DNA of 64,000 bases from Podarcis melisellensis (Eukaryota). Within the stretch, counting starts at the first letter, position 1. Every line of letters starts with the position of its first letter. The stretch lies in NCBI GenBank assembly GCA_964234715.1, contig OZ174288.1; one strand, given 5' to 3'. The notes beneath the pieces were generated by a model. The model ran no database searches. It was not told the origin of the DNA and saw only the letters and a list, made by a program, of their open reading frames with translations. Of this stretch, positions 11,993-25,371 are shown in pieces. The position numbers and the translations under genes were made by a program.

Positions 11993-12118
11993 CTTTCCTT
12001 GCAAAGACACGGCCCAGACTGACAACCTTCCCACTGGCTCGTCTGTAATCTCCCATCCTCCGACGGAAAGATCATTGAAAGGATCCGGCAACTGTGTGGG
12101 ATCCTGTTGGGATGGAAT
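11993..12118 (-). CDS. TECPR1: TECPR1 coding exon 4
   Basis: IPSQQDPTQLPDPFNDLSVGGWEITDEPVGRLSVWAVSLQGK; 126 nt. Confidence 0.96.
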
Positions 12119-13056
12119 CTACAGCAGCAAGAGCAGAAAACATGCTTTGAATTACTTTCCTGTTGATACAGAGTCGACATTCTTCCCAGGTGAACTTATT
12201 GTTTCTTATTAAGAGCTGCTCATTTAGAAATTGCTTGCAGTTGGTGTTACAATATGCCCTCTAACAACATATGGGGTCCCAAGGTTGAAAAATAATATAC
12301 CATATTTTTTGACCTATAAGACTCACTTTTTCCCTCCTAAAAATGAAGGGGAAATGTGTGTGCGTCTTATGGAGCGAATGCAGGCTGCGCAGCTATCCCA
12401 GAAGCCAGAACAGCAAGAGGGATCGCTGCTTTCACTGTGCAGCGATCCCTCTTGTTGTTCTGGCTTCCGAAATTCAGAATGTTTTTTTCTTGTTTTCCTC
12501 CTCCAAAAACTAGGTGCGTCTTATGGTCTGGTGCATCTTATAGAGCGAAAAATACGGTAAATAATATTACAACTATCCTTCCCGGGGGGGGGGGCATGTC
12601 ACTACAAAATCGGCCAATGGGATGCAGGGGTAAATGTAATGGATGTGAATGGAATGAAAGGATGGATTAGAGGCGAAGTTGCTGGAACCCTCCGCACCAA
12701 AATATCTTGTTGCAAGTCCCACTGGTTGCGACGTTAAATTTAAAAAATATATGCTTTCTGCCAAAACTCGCAGGGCAGTTCAGAAACACTAAATGCCTCA
12801 ACCCAGATGGAAGGCAAAGGAAAAACCCGGAAACAGCATCCCCCAAGAGCCTGGAAGAATAAAATCACCTTTGCCCGGCATCAACACAATCAGGTGGACA
12901 CCACTGAAAAGGCCCTGCTGCAAGGAATCCGGGGTTTGATCTTAGGTTGTGCAGCATAGCCACTGCAAAAGGCCTTGAGCCAACCCTGACCACCGCCAGA
13001 CACACTGCAAATTTGAAAAATGGATGTTGGGGGGGAGGGGGAAGGGGGAGAGACAC

Positions 13057-13179
13057 CTTTGCCCATGTATCTCGCGACTTGTATCTCCGGTACCGAATCC
13101 ACCGCCTCCGTCGCACACAGGAATTCCACCTCTTGTCTTTGGTATAGGTAGCTGGGAAATCTATAGCGTATGTCCAGCC
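13057..13179 (-). CDS. TECPR1: TECPR1 coding exon 3 (DysF domain end; WAK|I LIR-like motif spans the splice junction)
   Basis: GWTYAIDFPATYTKDKKWNSCVRRRRWIRYRRYKSRDTWAK; 123 nt. Confidence 0.96.
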
Positions 13180-15406
13180 CTGAAAAAGGAAAAAGAAGGA
13201 AGGGGGAGAGAGCAGTCAGAAAAATATTTTTGTCAAGTATTGAGTTTACCAGGAAAAAAAACACCTCAATATACTCTAGGCACGAACTAAGCACCAACCT
13301 CTGGCAAAATTAGCAACGCTGCTCTTACAAAGCAGCTTTTAATCCACCAATACATAATCACAGAATTGTAGAGTCGGAAGGGACCCCATGGGTCATCTAG
13401 TCCAACCCCCTGCAATGTAGGAATCTCAGCTAAAGCGTGTTGCGATCCGATTGCTTGCTCAGCCTAATAAGAACCACTAATCAACCTAGCCTGGTTCTCG
13501 TGACACATTCAATCAGGGACCAGGAACTTCAGGCTTGGGCTGCACATGTGGCCCTCCAAGTCTCGCTATCTGGCCCTCTCTCCAGCCTACACTTTCTCCC
13601 CAGGCCAACACCCTTCACTAGCTTGACTTTGCACTGTCCTTGAGTATTTTTGCCTGGCTGGAATTTGCCCTTCAACTCTCATCATTCCTCTTCCTTGCCT
13701 GGATGGAGGACAGAGAGGGGTGTGCGAGTCAGTGCATACTGTACAAAGGAAAAAATTATACCCATTGCCCAACTTTTGCACCTCACCCTGCACGGCAGTG
13801 GCATGTGGCCCTGGGAAGATTGCCAAGAAGGAAACACACATCTTTTGTTCTGAAAAAGGTTCCCTGCCCCAGTTTTAAACAATAGGTTAAAGTAAACTAG
13901 GGCTTAATGTGAGCTTACACTTTGCTCCTCCACTGCTCTTAACTTCAGTGCCCCCAGAGAGGAAATAAACTAGAGGTTGACTTGCCGTTACATGTGAACC
14001 ACTGCTTATGGTTTGTCTGTCTCCTGGCAAATCATGATGGTAAGAACAAACCATGGTTTACTAGGAAACCACGAGTGCCGGTTTGCACATAAACTGGGCT
14101 AGGGAGAGGCTGCCTGATGTTGAAGCTGGGCTTCTAACACTTATAAAGAATAACCTCTGCAATAGCAATACTATCCCTCTAAGGTAGCTTTCTTAACCTG
14201 TGGGTCCCTAGATGTTGTTGAACTATAACTCCCATCACCCCTAGCTAGCAAGGCCAGAGCTCAGGGATGATGGGAGTTGCAGTCCAACAACATCTGGGGA
14301 CCCACAGGTTGAGAACCGCTGCCTAAGGCAAGGGGCGACAATAGCTTTGGCCTGGTGGGTCAAAGCCCGGTGCTGTGGGTGCCAGTCACAAAAAAGCTGA
14401 TGTAGCATGACAGCTTCAACGTAGGATAGGTCCATCCAGGGCAAAGGTGAACTGGGCAGCAGCTGAGACCAAATAGTCTCTTGTGCACTGCAGATTTTGA
14501 AGAGGATATTTACTGATACCTTTTGTTGGTCTCCTAGGTGATGTTGGTGGCCACAATGATGTCCACGGACACAATTTTTGCGGCCTGTCCTCTAAGGCTA
14601 CAATCCTAGACATGCTCACTTGGGTGTAAACCCCACTTAAATCAGTGGAAACAGACTACTCGCTATACTTCATAGGGGACAAGTCCCTCTGAAATCAGTG
14701 CAACTTCCAAACAACCGCAGTTAACAAACTCTGCACATTTTATCTATTAATAACCACAATGCACAGAACTATCACAAGAAGAATAACACAATAATGAAGG
14801 TTGCTTGACGTCAATACAGATTTGCAGGTACAAGAATCTTTTTGTTATTATTTATTAAATTTGTCTACTAAAGCTAACGAGCCATCTGTTGCTACCCAAA
14901 TCTAAGGACTTCCCGGCGCTGTTGGATTCCAACACCCACCATTCCAGCGACTGGAGGGTTAATCAGTTGTTAATTTGATGTGCGCTCCAGCATCAGCATA
15001 AAAAGAGTGCAGAAGGGTTATAAGAAAAGATAACTGGAATGGTAGCTGTAATATTCCCAAAATGGAATAAGTAGTACTAGGAGAAACAACCTTGCCGTGA
15101 CGTCACAGACACTATCCAATAGGCGCCTATACAGCAGAGCAACTGCTGAGTCAACATAAGGCTGCTTGCTTGTACACTCACAGTTCCTGGGTAAACCTAG
15201 CCTTTGGAGATGCCCTGAAGGCCTTTGACCTAGTGGTCCCTGCTTTCTACTACAAATAGCAGCCCCAGCTCAACGCCCCCTGGGTAGCAAGTATGAATGC
15301 AGCAATGTATTATGGAAGCAAGACAGTAACCCCTCCCCTTCAACATTGCTCCCTCCCTCCCTCCTCGCAAGAGGACGTGGATCCCTTTTCGATATTTTGC
15401 ACCTAC

Positions 15407-15589
15407 CCCTTTCTCTGTGGGGTCCCCTCCAAAATTTTCATCCACATACCAGTCAGCTTCCCATTCCCAGTGAGGCGACGGCAACTCAAAGCTTTCGAGC
15501 ATCTGATGCTTCAGCCCACTCACATCGCTCCACTGCCAGCGGTCACTGGGCAATAACTTCTCGCAGAAGCCAATCACGGGATTCCAGCG
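15407..15589 (-). CDS. TECPR1: TECPR1 coding exon 2 (DysF domain)
   Basis: RWNPVIGFCEKLLPSDRWQWSDVSGLKHQMLESFELPSPHWEWEADWYVDENFGGDPTEKG; 183 nt. Confidence 0.96.
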
Positions 15590-17188
15590 CTGCCAGGGAG
15601 TGAACAAGAAAACAATCACGTATTGTACACTCTCTTAACCTCAGGTCCCCAGGCGTTGCTGGACTACAAATCCTATTGTCCTCTGCTGGTGTGGCTAATG
15701 GATGATGGGAGTTGTAGTCCAGCGACATCTGAAGGGCCACAGATGTTTGATTTAGACCCACATTGGTAACCTTAGATTGCCTCTGCCTGGAGAGTACATT
15801 TTGGGGCTCCAATATTCAACAGATTAAATCAATTAAGAAATCATTCGTTCAGCTGAACAAGTTGAACGGCTCAGGACTGCAATACTTCAAGGACCTCCTC
15901 TCCCCATATAAACCAACCCGGATTCTGCAATTATCATATGAGGTCCTCCTTTGTGTGCCTCCTCCATGTGAGGTGCATCACGAGACTGGGCCTTTTTTGC
16001 AGTGGCTCCCCGTTTGTGGAATGCAAAGATATACTCCAGGAAGGTTCGCCTGGCACCTTCATTAAATATTTTTAGGCACTAGGGGAAAACATTCCTCTTC
16101 AACCAGACCATTGGCTGATTAATATTCCACAGCTTTTTAAAATTGTTTTTTTTGGGGGGGGTATTGTTCTGCTTTGTTTCTGTTTTAACTATTTATTTGT
16201 GCTTTTATCCTGAATTTTTATCTTGTGAACCACCCTGAGATGAATATATAAATTTAAGAAATAACAATAAAAAAATAAAAAGTACCCCATTAGTCAGCCA
16301 ACAGATTTCCAGGATATATGCGCACAAACTTTAAAAGTAAAAGCTTGAGTGAAGACTCCAAAATTATATAAGGGTGGATCTACACCCAGGGAGGAAACCC
16401 ACTATAGATACCATATTTACACGAGGCTGCCTGTGGTTTCTGATAAACTTTCAAATAGCACTTAAAGACAAACTGCAACAAAAAACAACAACAGGAAAAC
16501 ATTGAAGGAATGCCAAATTAAAACACAACACATTCTGCACTCAAATGTTACTGTACGGGACAAAGCATGAATGAGAAGCTCTGTTAGATATAGGGCAGGC
16601 ATCTCTAGACCCACTGATGCTACTTGAATGTTTCTGCCTGGCTGGAATGTGTCCTTGAACTCTGATAATGCATTGTTTGGACAGAGGACAGAGAATAACG
16701 GCGTGAGTAACAGTGGGCGTGTGGAAACTAGCCTACTTTACTGAAGATAGTAATATTTACACGGTGGCTCCACCTAATTCTGCTGGGAAGCAACAGGCTT
16801 ATGGCCCTCATGCTTTTGGGCTTCCCAGAGGAGAAGAAGAGTTTGGATTTGATATCCCGCTTTATCACTACCCGAAGGGGTCTCAAAGCAGCTATCGTTC
16901 TCCTTTCCCTTCCTCCCCCACAACAAACACTCTGTGAGGTGAGTGGGGCTGAGAGACTTCAGAGAAGTGTGACTGGCTCAAGGCCACCCAGCAGCTGCAT
17001 GTGGAGGAGCAGGGAAGCAAACCCGGTTACCAGATTACAAATCCACCGCTCTTAACCACTACACCACGCTGGCTCTCTGACTGGTCACAGGATGCTGGAA
17101 TAGACAGGGTTTGGGTCAGATCCAGCCGGGCCCTTCTTAGCTTTAACAGCCGGCTTCTATTGTGGGCTCAGCCCTTTCCTTTGCATAC

Positions 17189-17419
17189 CTGATTCTCGTA
17201 GGTTTCTTCCTGGTACCGGATGGGGACGTCGTTGGAGTGGATGTAAACGTAGACCTGGTGGTCGCACGCAATTCCCCAACAGCACTGCTTGACGGCAGAA
17301 ACCCTCTTGAACTCCAGCTCCCCATCTCTGCAGAGTTCCCAGTACTGGCCGGCGGTGGAGAGCGTGTAGACGCGGCCGAAGATATCGACCGCCCACAGGA
17401 GAGAACCGGACATGCTCAT
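17189..17419 (-). CDS. TECPR1: TECPR1 first coding exon (exon starts 17421; ATG at 17419, second in-frame ATG at 17413)
   Basis: MSMSGSLLWAVDIFGRVYTLSTAGQYWELCRDGELEFKRVSAVKQCCWGIACDHQVYVYIHSNDVPIRYQEETYENQ resembles the human N-terminus MPNSVLWAVDLFGRVYTLSTAGQYWE. Confidence 0.96.
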
Positions 17420-17904
17420 GGCTGGGAAAGCAAAGGGAGAGGGAAGGAAGCACAAGTATGGAGGCCGGATCCAGTTTCTTTGAAGTCTGCCCCTCGCTTC
17501 AGGCTGACTGTTGAAGGCTGCGGCTTGTAATGCAAAAGGCTTAAGGGTAAAATCCCATACCTACTTAACCTGGGAGTAAGTCTCACTGAACCCAGTGGGA
17601 CTTACTTTTTGAGTAGGCAGGTATTGAAATTGAAATATTGAAATACCGTATTTTTCGCTCTGTAAGATGCACCAGTACCAGACGCACCTAGTTTTTGGAG
17701 GAGGAAACAAGAAAAAAATATATTCTGAATCCCAGAAGCCAGAACAGCAAGAGAGATCACTGCACAGCGAAAGCAGCGACCCCTCTTGCTGTTCTGGCTT
17801 CTGGGAAAGCTGTGCAGCCTGCATTCGCCCCATAAGACGCACACACATTTCCCCTTACTTTTTAGGAGGGAAAAAGTGAGTCTTATAGAGCAAAAAATAT
17901 GGTA

Positions 17905-18510
17905 CTTTATTGTCACTTGTACAACTTGTATACAGTGAGATTACACGAGCACCCCCCCTACTCAGCTCTCTTAGTCTTAATTCCCCTCGTTTACTGACGC
18001 ACGCCCACCCAACCCAAAAGTCAGTTGCCCTGTTGTTATCTTTTCATTCAGCAGCCTAACAGCCCACAGATAGAAGCTGTTCTTTACCCTGTTGGTGCAA
18101 CTAATCATGCCTCTATATCTTCTGTCCAAGGGCAGGAGATCCAGAAAGTGCCGGCCAGGGTGTGAATCATCCCTGAGAATTTTCTTCACTCTCCTGAGGC
18201 AACGTTCTTCCACTATTTCACCCATAATATCTTGTGCTGTATTCACCACCCTCTGTAGGCACTTCCTATCAAATGATGTCAAACCAGCGTACCACACCGT
18301 GATGCAGTAGGAAAGGACACTTTCTATTGTGGACCGGTAAAAGGAGATCATCAAATGTTGATTGACAGCGTTCTTCCGCAAGACTCTGAGGAGATGGAGT
18401 CTCTGTTGGGCTTCCTTAACCACTTGGGTTGTATTGATTTTCCAAGTAAGGTCTTCAAGGAGATAAACTCCTAGGAATTTAAAGGAAGAGACTCTCTCCT
18501 TGCAGGGTAA
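17905..18510 (-). mobile_element. Rex-Babar (Rex1-like) LINE 3' fragment
   Basis: ERVSSFKFLGV..EDLTW...AQQRLH.LR.LRK...FYRSTIESVLSYCITVWY...DSHP...RRYR...TNRVKNSF, typical of the Rex1 ORF2 C-terminus; AATAAA at the 3' end. Confidence 0.85.
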
Positions 18511-19679
18511 GGCTGTACAGTGCTGCATGCTAACACTGGTTGGGCCCCACCTTTTCTCTCAGCCCCCCCCCCCCCGGATCCTTGACAGATTGGTTATCAA
18601 GCCTTTGTTTAAATACCTCCAGTGACGGAGAGCCCCACCTTTCTAACCAGGAAACTTTGACACTGCATTTAATACCCATTTGATTCAGGCCTTCGACTGA
18701 CCTGAAAACCAGCAAAATAATATCGGACTTGGATTGGAGAAGGTTCAAGTGCCCACTTAGTCACAAATTCACTGGGCCACCTTGAGCAAGCCACTACCTT
18801 CCATGGCCTGTAGACTACCTCACAGGGTTGTTGAGAGGATAAAATGGGAAGAGGGGAACCAATGGATTCAAGTAACAAGAAATCGGATTCTGACTTAACA
18901 TCAGGAAGAACTTTCTGAACGTAAAAGCTGTTAAGACAGTGGAAGGTGGACTCTCCTTCTTTGTATGTTTTTAAGCAGAAATTGGGTGGCCACCTGTCAT
19001 TTATGATCTAGTTGAGATTCCTGCATTGCACCAGATGACCCTCAGGGTCCTTCCAACTCTACAATTTGATGACTCTATGAAATGGAATCAAATCTATCTG
19101 TGGGCTCCTGCATTGGGCTCCCCATGGGCATCTGCTTGGCCACTGTGAGAACAGAATGCTGACTCGATGGGCCTTTGGCCTGATCCAGAAGGGTCCTTCT
19201 TATGGCTGGACTGACCCTCTTCGATATACGCACCTCAGTCACCTTTGGAGAAAGAATGCCCAGAGGGTGTAGGGAGGAGAGGGGTGCTGTGTTGGCACAG
19301 GGAAGCAGAGATCAGCACAGCTCGGTTTTGAAGCTGGATGCAGAAGGAGCGAGCCTACTCTGTAATTCTGTACACACACCTACTTGGAGATAAGCCACAC
19401 TCCACTGAACAGGTAGCCAGGTCAGGAGCATCCCAGACCCTGAGATTGCAGGGACCAAACCTGAGACCTAGGGGTAGCCCCGGGTGATGTCATGGGGAGG
19501 TGAGACCTAGAGATGGGGGTTAATTGGGAAAGAAAGGGGACGAGGGTAGCAAAAACAAAACAAAAACCCTCCCCAATGTCTATGCTACAATTTGCAACCG
19601 GCTCCTGCCAGTCTGAAGCTTGCAAGCTTCATGCACGGCCTTCTTGATTTTTATTAATTTATCATCATCATCATCATCA

Positions 19680-20340
19680 ATCGCGTCCCCGCCCACCTGG
19701 AGATTCAAGCCCCTCCACCTGCCGCCTGGAGGTGGCGAGGCAAACCTGGAGCCTTCAGGCCAGACCCTGCTGCCGAGGAGGCACGCACCGGGCGGCGCTG
19801 TCAGCTGCCACAGCAAACGAGGCGTCGGAGAGGTCATGTGCCATTGCATCTCTGAAAACGCAAAGCTCAGCGACCACCATAAGAAAACCGAAAGTTATGG
19901 CCGCGAAGGGGCCCGATGCGAACTGCGACCTACGATGGAGCATCCCAGCCAAACCCGAGAAGCTCGCCTATTAGCCCCGCTCCTTTTCTAATCTCCTTAC
20001 CTGAACGTCCAGCAGGACGGCCGCTTTGGGCTTTTCCTCCACGTCTTGCGCACCGGGAGCGGCGGCGGCAGCAGGAGACGCGCGCAGCTCCGGCCGCTGC
20101 CTCCACCAGCAACCGCAAGCTGGATGGAGGACGAGGAAATCCGGGCCAACAGGAGCCGCCCGCTCATTGGCCGAGAGCTCGAAGCCCTCCGCTGCTATTG
20201 GCTGCGGGCGGAATCAGATGGATACATGGCGTTCTATTTTCCTGCACAGTGTTCTATCTCCCCCCTGCGTCGTAAGGCGAGCCGTCCGCCCTCCCACGAC
20301 CGGCTGCTCCCGTACCACGTCAAGGGGTGTGCGCAAGAAC
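19680..20340 (-). promoter_or_regulatory. TECPR1 CpG-island promoter
   Basis: CpG-rich; two minus-strand CCAAT boxes (attgg at 20166-20170 and 20197-20201); GC box GGGCGG at 20206-20211. Confidence 0.75.
20001..20130 (-). other. TECPR1: Probable TECPR1 non-coding first exon (5' end approximate)
   Basis: Lies in a CpG island, contains no ATG and ends at a strong donor CAG|GTAAGG (20001/20000). Confidence 0.7.
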
Positions 20341-20796
20341 TGTTTGTGGTGGGCCATCTGGCTCTCGGTTTTTTTTTCTTCTCACTTTCTCTTTCCAGTT
20401 TCTGCATCTGGAATAAAAAGAGAAGTAGGAAGGAGTTGGCTGGAAGAGCTTATTGCTTTTGCCTGCGAATATGTTAACGTGCTTTGTTTTGTGCTCTTGT
20501 TGTTGTAAACCGCCCCGCGATCCTGGGATGAAAGGCGGTATAGAAATTGAATAAATGAACGAGCCCTCTGATTGCTTATTGCAGTTATCCTCGCACCCAT
20601 CCACCCTGCATGGTAGGTTAGGCTGTGGGAGGCAGTGTACTGGACCCCATGGTCACCCAATGAGCTTTGTGGCTGAGTGGGGATTCGAACCCTGATCTCC
20701 CTTAGATGGTAGAGCATGGGACCCAGGGCCGTAGGTTCGAGTCCCATATTGGGAAAAACAATTCCTGCATTGCAAGGGGTTTGATTGGATTACCAC

Positions 20797-21505
20797 TGTG
20801 ATAGGAAATTTTAGGTCTTAGGTATATGGTAATGTTCATAACCGCACATACATAGATCAGCACAGGAAGACCGACCTGAAGCCATTTTGATTCCTAAACT
20901 GAGCAAATGTTTTCTCTGCAAGGTCAAAGGGAAATGGAAAAGCCTCCCCATTGTCTTTTCCTTCACAAATCCTGTCTTAAGGGTATGTCTGTGTTTGAAT
21001 AGGGTGTGAGCCTGTGACATGGCCCAAGAACTAAGCATTTATCACTACAAAAGACTGGCCAGGCTCCCCAGGCAATCCAATCAAGTAACCTGCCAGACAG
21101 GAGATAAACAACAACAGGAGAAAAACAACATTCAAATTTCTGTTTTACACGGCCTTTTCTGTGATGTAGGTGTGATGTATCTGAGGGGTGGTCTTAGGTT
21201 ACACCCCTTTTGTGTGATGTATGTATGATGTTTCTGGGGGTGGTCTTGATCTACAGGATGGGAATTTCAAAAGTCTTTATAAGGCCTTTCACACCATTTT
21301 TCTGGGTCCTTCCTCCTCTCCTGCGGGTGAGGGGAGCACCCTGTTGCAACAGTTCAATAAAGATCAGGCTTACTAGCTGCTTTGCTTCTCAATATTCTCT
21401 GGTTGGCCTCTGTTATTCTCTCCTACCAACAGGGAACCTATGTAAGGACTCTACATGGGCTCTTGGATACCCCATAAGGGAAAAGGGCAATTTTTGTTTA
21501 CAACA
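20797..21505 (+). mobile_element. Solo LTR (709 bp) inserted in a tRNA-SINE
   Basis: TG...CA termini, 4-bp TSD CCAC, TATAA at 21278, AATAAA at 21356. Confidence 0.85.
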
Positions 21506-24500
21506 CCACCCAACTCTACAATTCTATGATCTTATGAAATAGCTCCCCCAGGTCATAGCCCAACACTCTGTTACACCACGCTGGCTCTCCAGAAGATTGG
21601 ACTACATCTCCCATCAGCCTCATCTAGCATGGCCCGTGGTGGTAAATGATATTGAGCAGGAACCTCAGGCCCAAATGTCGCCCTCTTGGCTCTCTCCAGG
21701 CCACACCTCTCCTCAGCCACACCCTTTATCCTGGCCATACCCCTCACTGGCTTCCTTTGGCACTCTCTCTGAGGTTTTGCTTTGATTCTGCCTGGTGAGA
21801 ATGCGTCCTTGCTTTCTAATAACGCCTCTTTTGTTGGCTTGCAGGGAGAAGGCGCATAGAAACAAGTCCAGTGTACATAGGCAAAGTTGTTGGCCCTGGC
21901 GTGTACCTGGCAAGGTTGCCTAGAAGAGAAGGAGGTCCCTGGGCTGAACCAAGTTTCCCTACCTTAGTCAAGGACGATGGGAGTTGTAGTCTGGCAACAA
22001 CTGGAGGGTTACCGTTTCCCCACCTCTCCCTTAGGGCCTTTGAACTAGGGAGGTGTGCCAAAGTCTTCGTGGAAAGTTGGGTTCTCAGGCAGGATTTGGA
22101 AGAAGTGAGAGCGGCAGCATCTCACAAGCTTTGTTGAGAGAAGCACCTCAAAGTCTGGGGGAAATTAAATGCACTTTGGTTCCTGCTCACAGCACCCCGT
22201 TCGCCCTGTTCATAACATCCCAGTCACCGTTTTCCCCTGCCCTACATCATTCTGTGTGACTGCCAAGTAATTTAACTTCACGCGAGGTTTAATAAGGAGG
22301 GGGCAAAGGATTCCATTTGATAATCCATCGGCATGTGACCAGATGGCAGCCGCCTCTGAAAGCAGAATTGATACTGTCTCCCCGCCCTTTCCTTTCTAAG
22401 CAGACAAGGCTGCTTTCCTTGAAATGAGAACATTTCCTGCTGATGAAAGATGACAAAGGACGAGCCTGTCTGAAAAGGGTATGTGTGTGTGATGGGCTTA
22501 AGGAGAGACCCATAACTCAACAGGAGAGCATATGCTTTGTATGCTGAAGGTTGAATCCAGCGATACATCCGGTTAAAACAGATCAAGCAGTAGGTGGGAA
22601 CAAAAATTCATTTTCCTGTTGCTCTGGAGGGCTGCCAGTCAGAACAGACAATATGGGGCTCCCTGCATTGCAGGGAGTTGGTACTAGATAGCCCTCGCGA
22701 TCCAAAATATTGATTGTACTTCTGCAGAACTTAGGGTTCTGCCAAGCATGCCGATTCTGGTTTCTCAGTGCTCTGTTTCAGGCTCAGTTTCTGCCAGCCA
22801 CCTTCGCTTGTTACTTGGAAGAGGAAGGATGGCCTTTAAGAACAAACTTACAGAGAACAGGTCCAGCAAGGACTATTAGTCACGAGAGCTAAATGGAGCC
22901 TACACGCTCAGAGGCTGTATATCTGAACAACGGATTCTAGGCACGTATAACGGGGAGTCTTGCATTTGGGCCTGCTTGTGAGCGGCTCCCCAAAATATGT
23001 GTGAACAGTTGGACTGCAAGGGGATAAGGGGAGGGGGTTCAGCTCTTTCTCCTTGTGTGACTATTACAGCAATAAAAATGGACTCCAGGTGCTCGTTTAT
23101 ATGTGAATGTGGCAGACACTTGAGGGCTTAGGGCCCTCATACCTACGGGACCGCCTCTCCTAGCATGTCCCGCAGAGGACCTTAAGGTCCATGAATAACC
23201 ATAGTTTAGAGGTCCTGGGTCCTAAGGAAGTCAGACTATCCTCCACCAGGGCGGGGCCTTTTCAGTGATGGCTCCGACCTGGTGGAATCCTCTGTCCCCT
23301 GAGACTAGGGCCCTTCAGGATTTAATCTCCTTCAGTTGGGCCTGTAAAACAGAGCTATTCTGCCTGGCCTTTAATTTGTATTCAGCCTGATCTTTTATTT
23401 CCCTTCCCTTCTCTTCCCTCCCCCTCCCCTTTTATGAAGATCACCTGCTCTGAGACCCCACAGCTAACTCTCCCCTGGCCTCTTCGCTGGCCCAAGTAGG
23501 ACCAATTCAGCCAGCTAGCCCTGGGGATTATCTAATTGATTTTTGATTTTTATTGTCATTCATGTTTTTATACTCTATGCTGTTTTTATAATTGAGTGTT
23601 TTAAAGTGTTTTAAATTTGTTGTTGGCCACCCTGAGGCCAGTTTTTGAACTGGAAAGGGCAGGGTATAAATATTCTTATTATTATTATTAAAGCAAGTGT
23701 TGCTTTCTTAATCACATCTGCTTTTGTCCTGTGAAAGGCCACTTTCTCAACTCAAACCACATCAACACAATTTTGCAGACTGCAGCTCACATTGGTTCTA
23801 GCCAACAGGGAGGATGGGAGGTGTTACCAGATGTTAGCTACCCCTTCTGATTCAAAAAAAATCAAAGGGTCATAGTTGGAAGGGACCCTGAGGATCATCT
23901 AGACCAACCCCTTGCAATGCAGGAAAATGCAGCTGTCCCTTACGGGGGATCGAACCTGCAACCTTTGTGTGATCAGCACCGCACTCTAACCAACTGAGCT
24001 ATATAATGTGGCACTAGTAATATAAGCCATTACTTGTTTGCTAATTGCATTTATAGCCCACCTTTTTCTTCAAGGAGCTACAAGGCTTTCCCCTTCGAGT
24101 CCCACAACAACCCAGTGAGGTAGGTTAAGCTGAGAGCCAGCAAGCTCCATAGTTGAGTGGAGATTTGAACCCTGGTCTCCCAGGTCCTAATCTGTTGCAC
24201 CACACTGGCTCTGTTGCACCACTGAGCTGTTACGTTCTGTCTCTCTATTGGACTGCAACATCAGTAGATCAAATGGCGAAGGTTAATCCATTATTTTCTG
24301 TTCAGTTAAAAAGGGCGGCGTTAATTAACCGAACATTATTTTTTAATTAATTTGTGGTTTTAGTTAATCACAAAGGACAGAATGCCTCTTTTGAGATGGG
24401 GATTCCCTCCTAGAACACCCCTCCAAATGCCCCTGCTACTGAGTTGTTAAATAAATAGAAATCTTTTTTTTAAAAAAGTGAATTTACTTGTGCACAAATT

Positions 24501-25319
24501 TATAGAAGTTTCATTGATTACAACTCACTTGCAATGAAAACCATTCTGCGATATTTTATTTACGAGCTGGAAGTTGACAACTACCCCTAGGAATAAATAA
24601 ATAAAGTATAAAACTCCCATGGGTGAATTGTCTGAAAGCGAGAGACGGACCCTGATACGGCTCTTTTAAAAAGCTATTTGAGAAGGAAAGGAAATGTAAG
24701 TGGGGGGGGGGGGCAGAGGCACTGAGTTAATAGGGAGCTAATTGTTCTTTAACCTTGGGGAATAGGACACTGTGTGCTCTTCTGGAATATATGGAGAGGG
24801 CAGAAAGAAACTGCCAATGGTGGGGGCTCCCAGGCATAAGCGGGGTCAGCACCCCACCCCCGAAGAGGCCTTCCCCCACCCCCCAGCTTCTTGGGATAAT
24901 CACAATACAGAAACAAAGCAGGTGTAGCCTTGTGCCAGCCTGGAGTTCCATTGACAGAGGACTTCACCTGTTGAATGTCAACCTGTCAGACAAAGGTCCA
25001 GACTGTCAGGAATGATGGGGGGAGCGGCTAATATGAATGTGGTCCCCCACCCAGGCAGCAGAGCAAAGGGGGGGGTGTTTCCTGTTCTTGCTACAGAGAG
25101 TTACAAATCAGCAAGGTGCAGCAATTCTCTTCATCTGAAGATGCAGTTTTGAAGCTGCACCTGTTGAATTTCACCCTGTTTTGCAAAGGCACAGAAGACT
25201 TACCGGGAAAATGGAGAGAAACGAAAGGAAGATGGTGACAGACCTGAAAAGGTACCCACTTCCCCAGCAGGGGACAACAGAGAGACCTGAACCTCTCCTT
25301 GAAGAAGTGTACTGTAGTT

Positions 25320-25320
<1 letters not shown>

Positions 25321-25371
<51 letters not shown>

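Noticed and set aside
17977-18528. 183-aa ORF as a gene
   Set aside because: It is a Rex-Babar ORF2 remnant.
19620-20508. GC-rich ORFs at the TECPR1 island (likewise 26907-27798 at BRI3)
   Set aside because: Stop-codon scarcity in CpG islands; no recognisable protein apart from BRI3 exon 1.
25321-25370. poly-N/poly-I/poly-L ORFs
   Set aside because: These are translations of the (AAT)n L2 tail.
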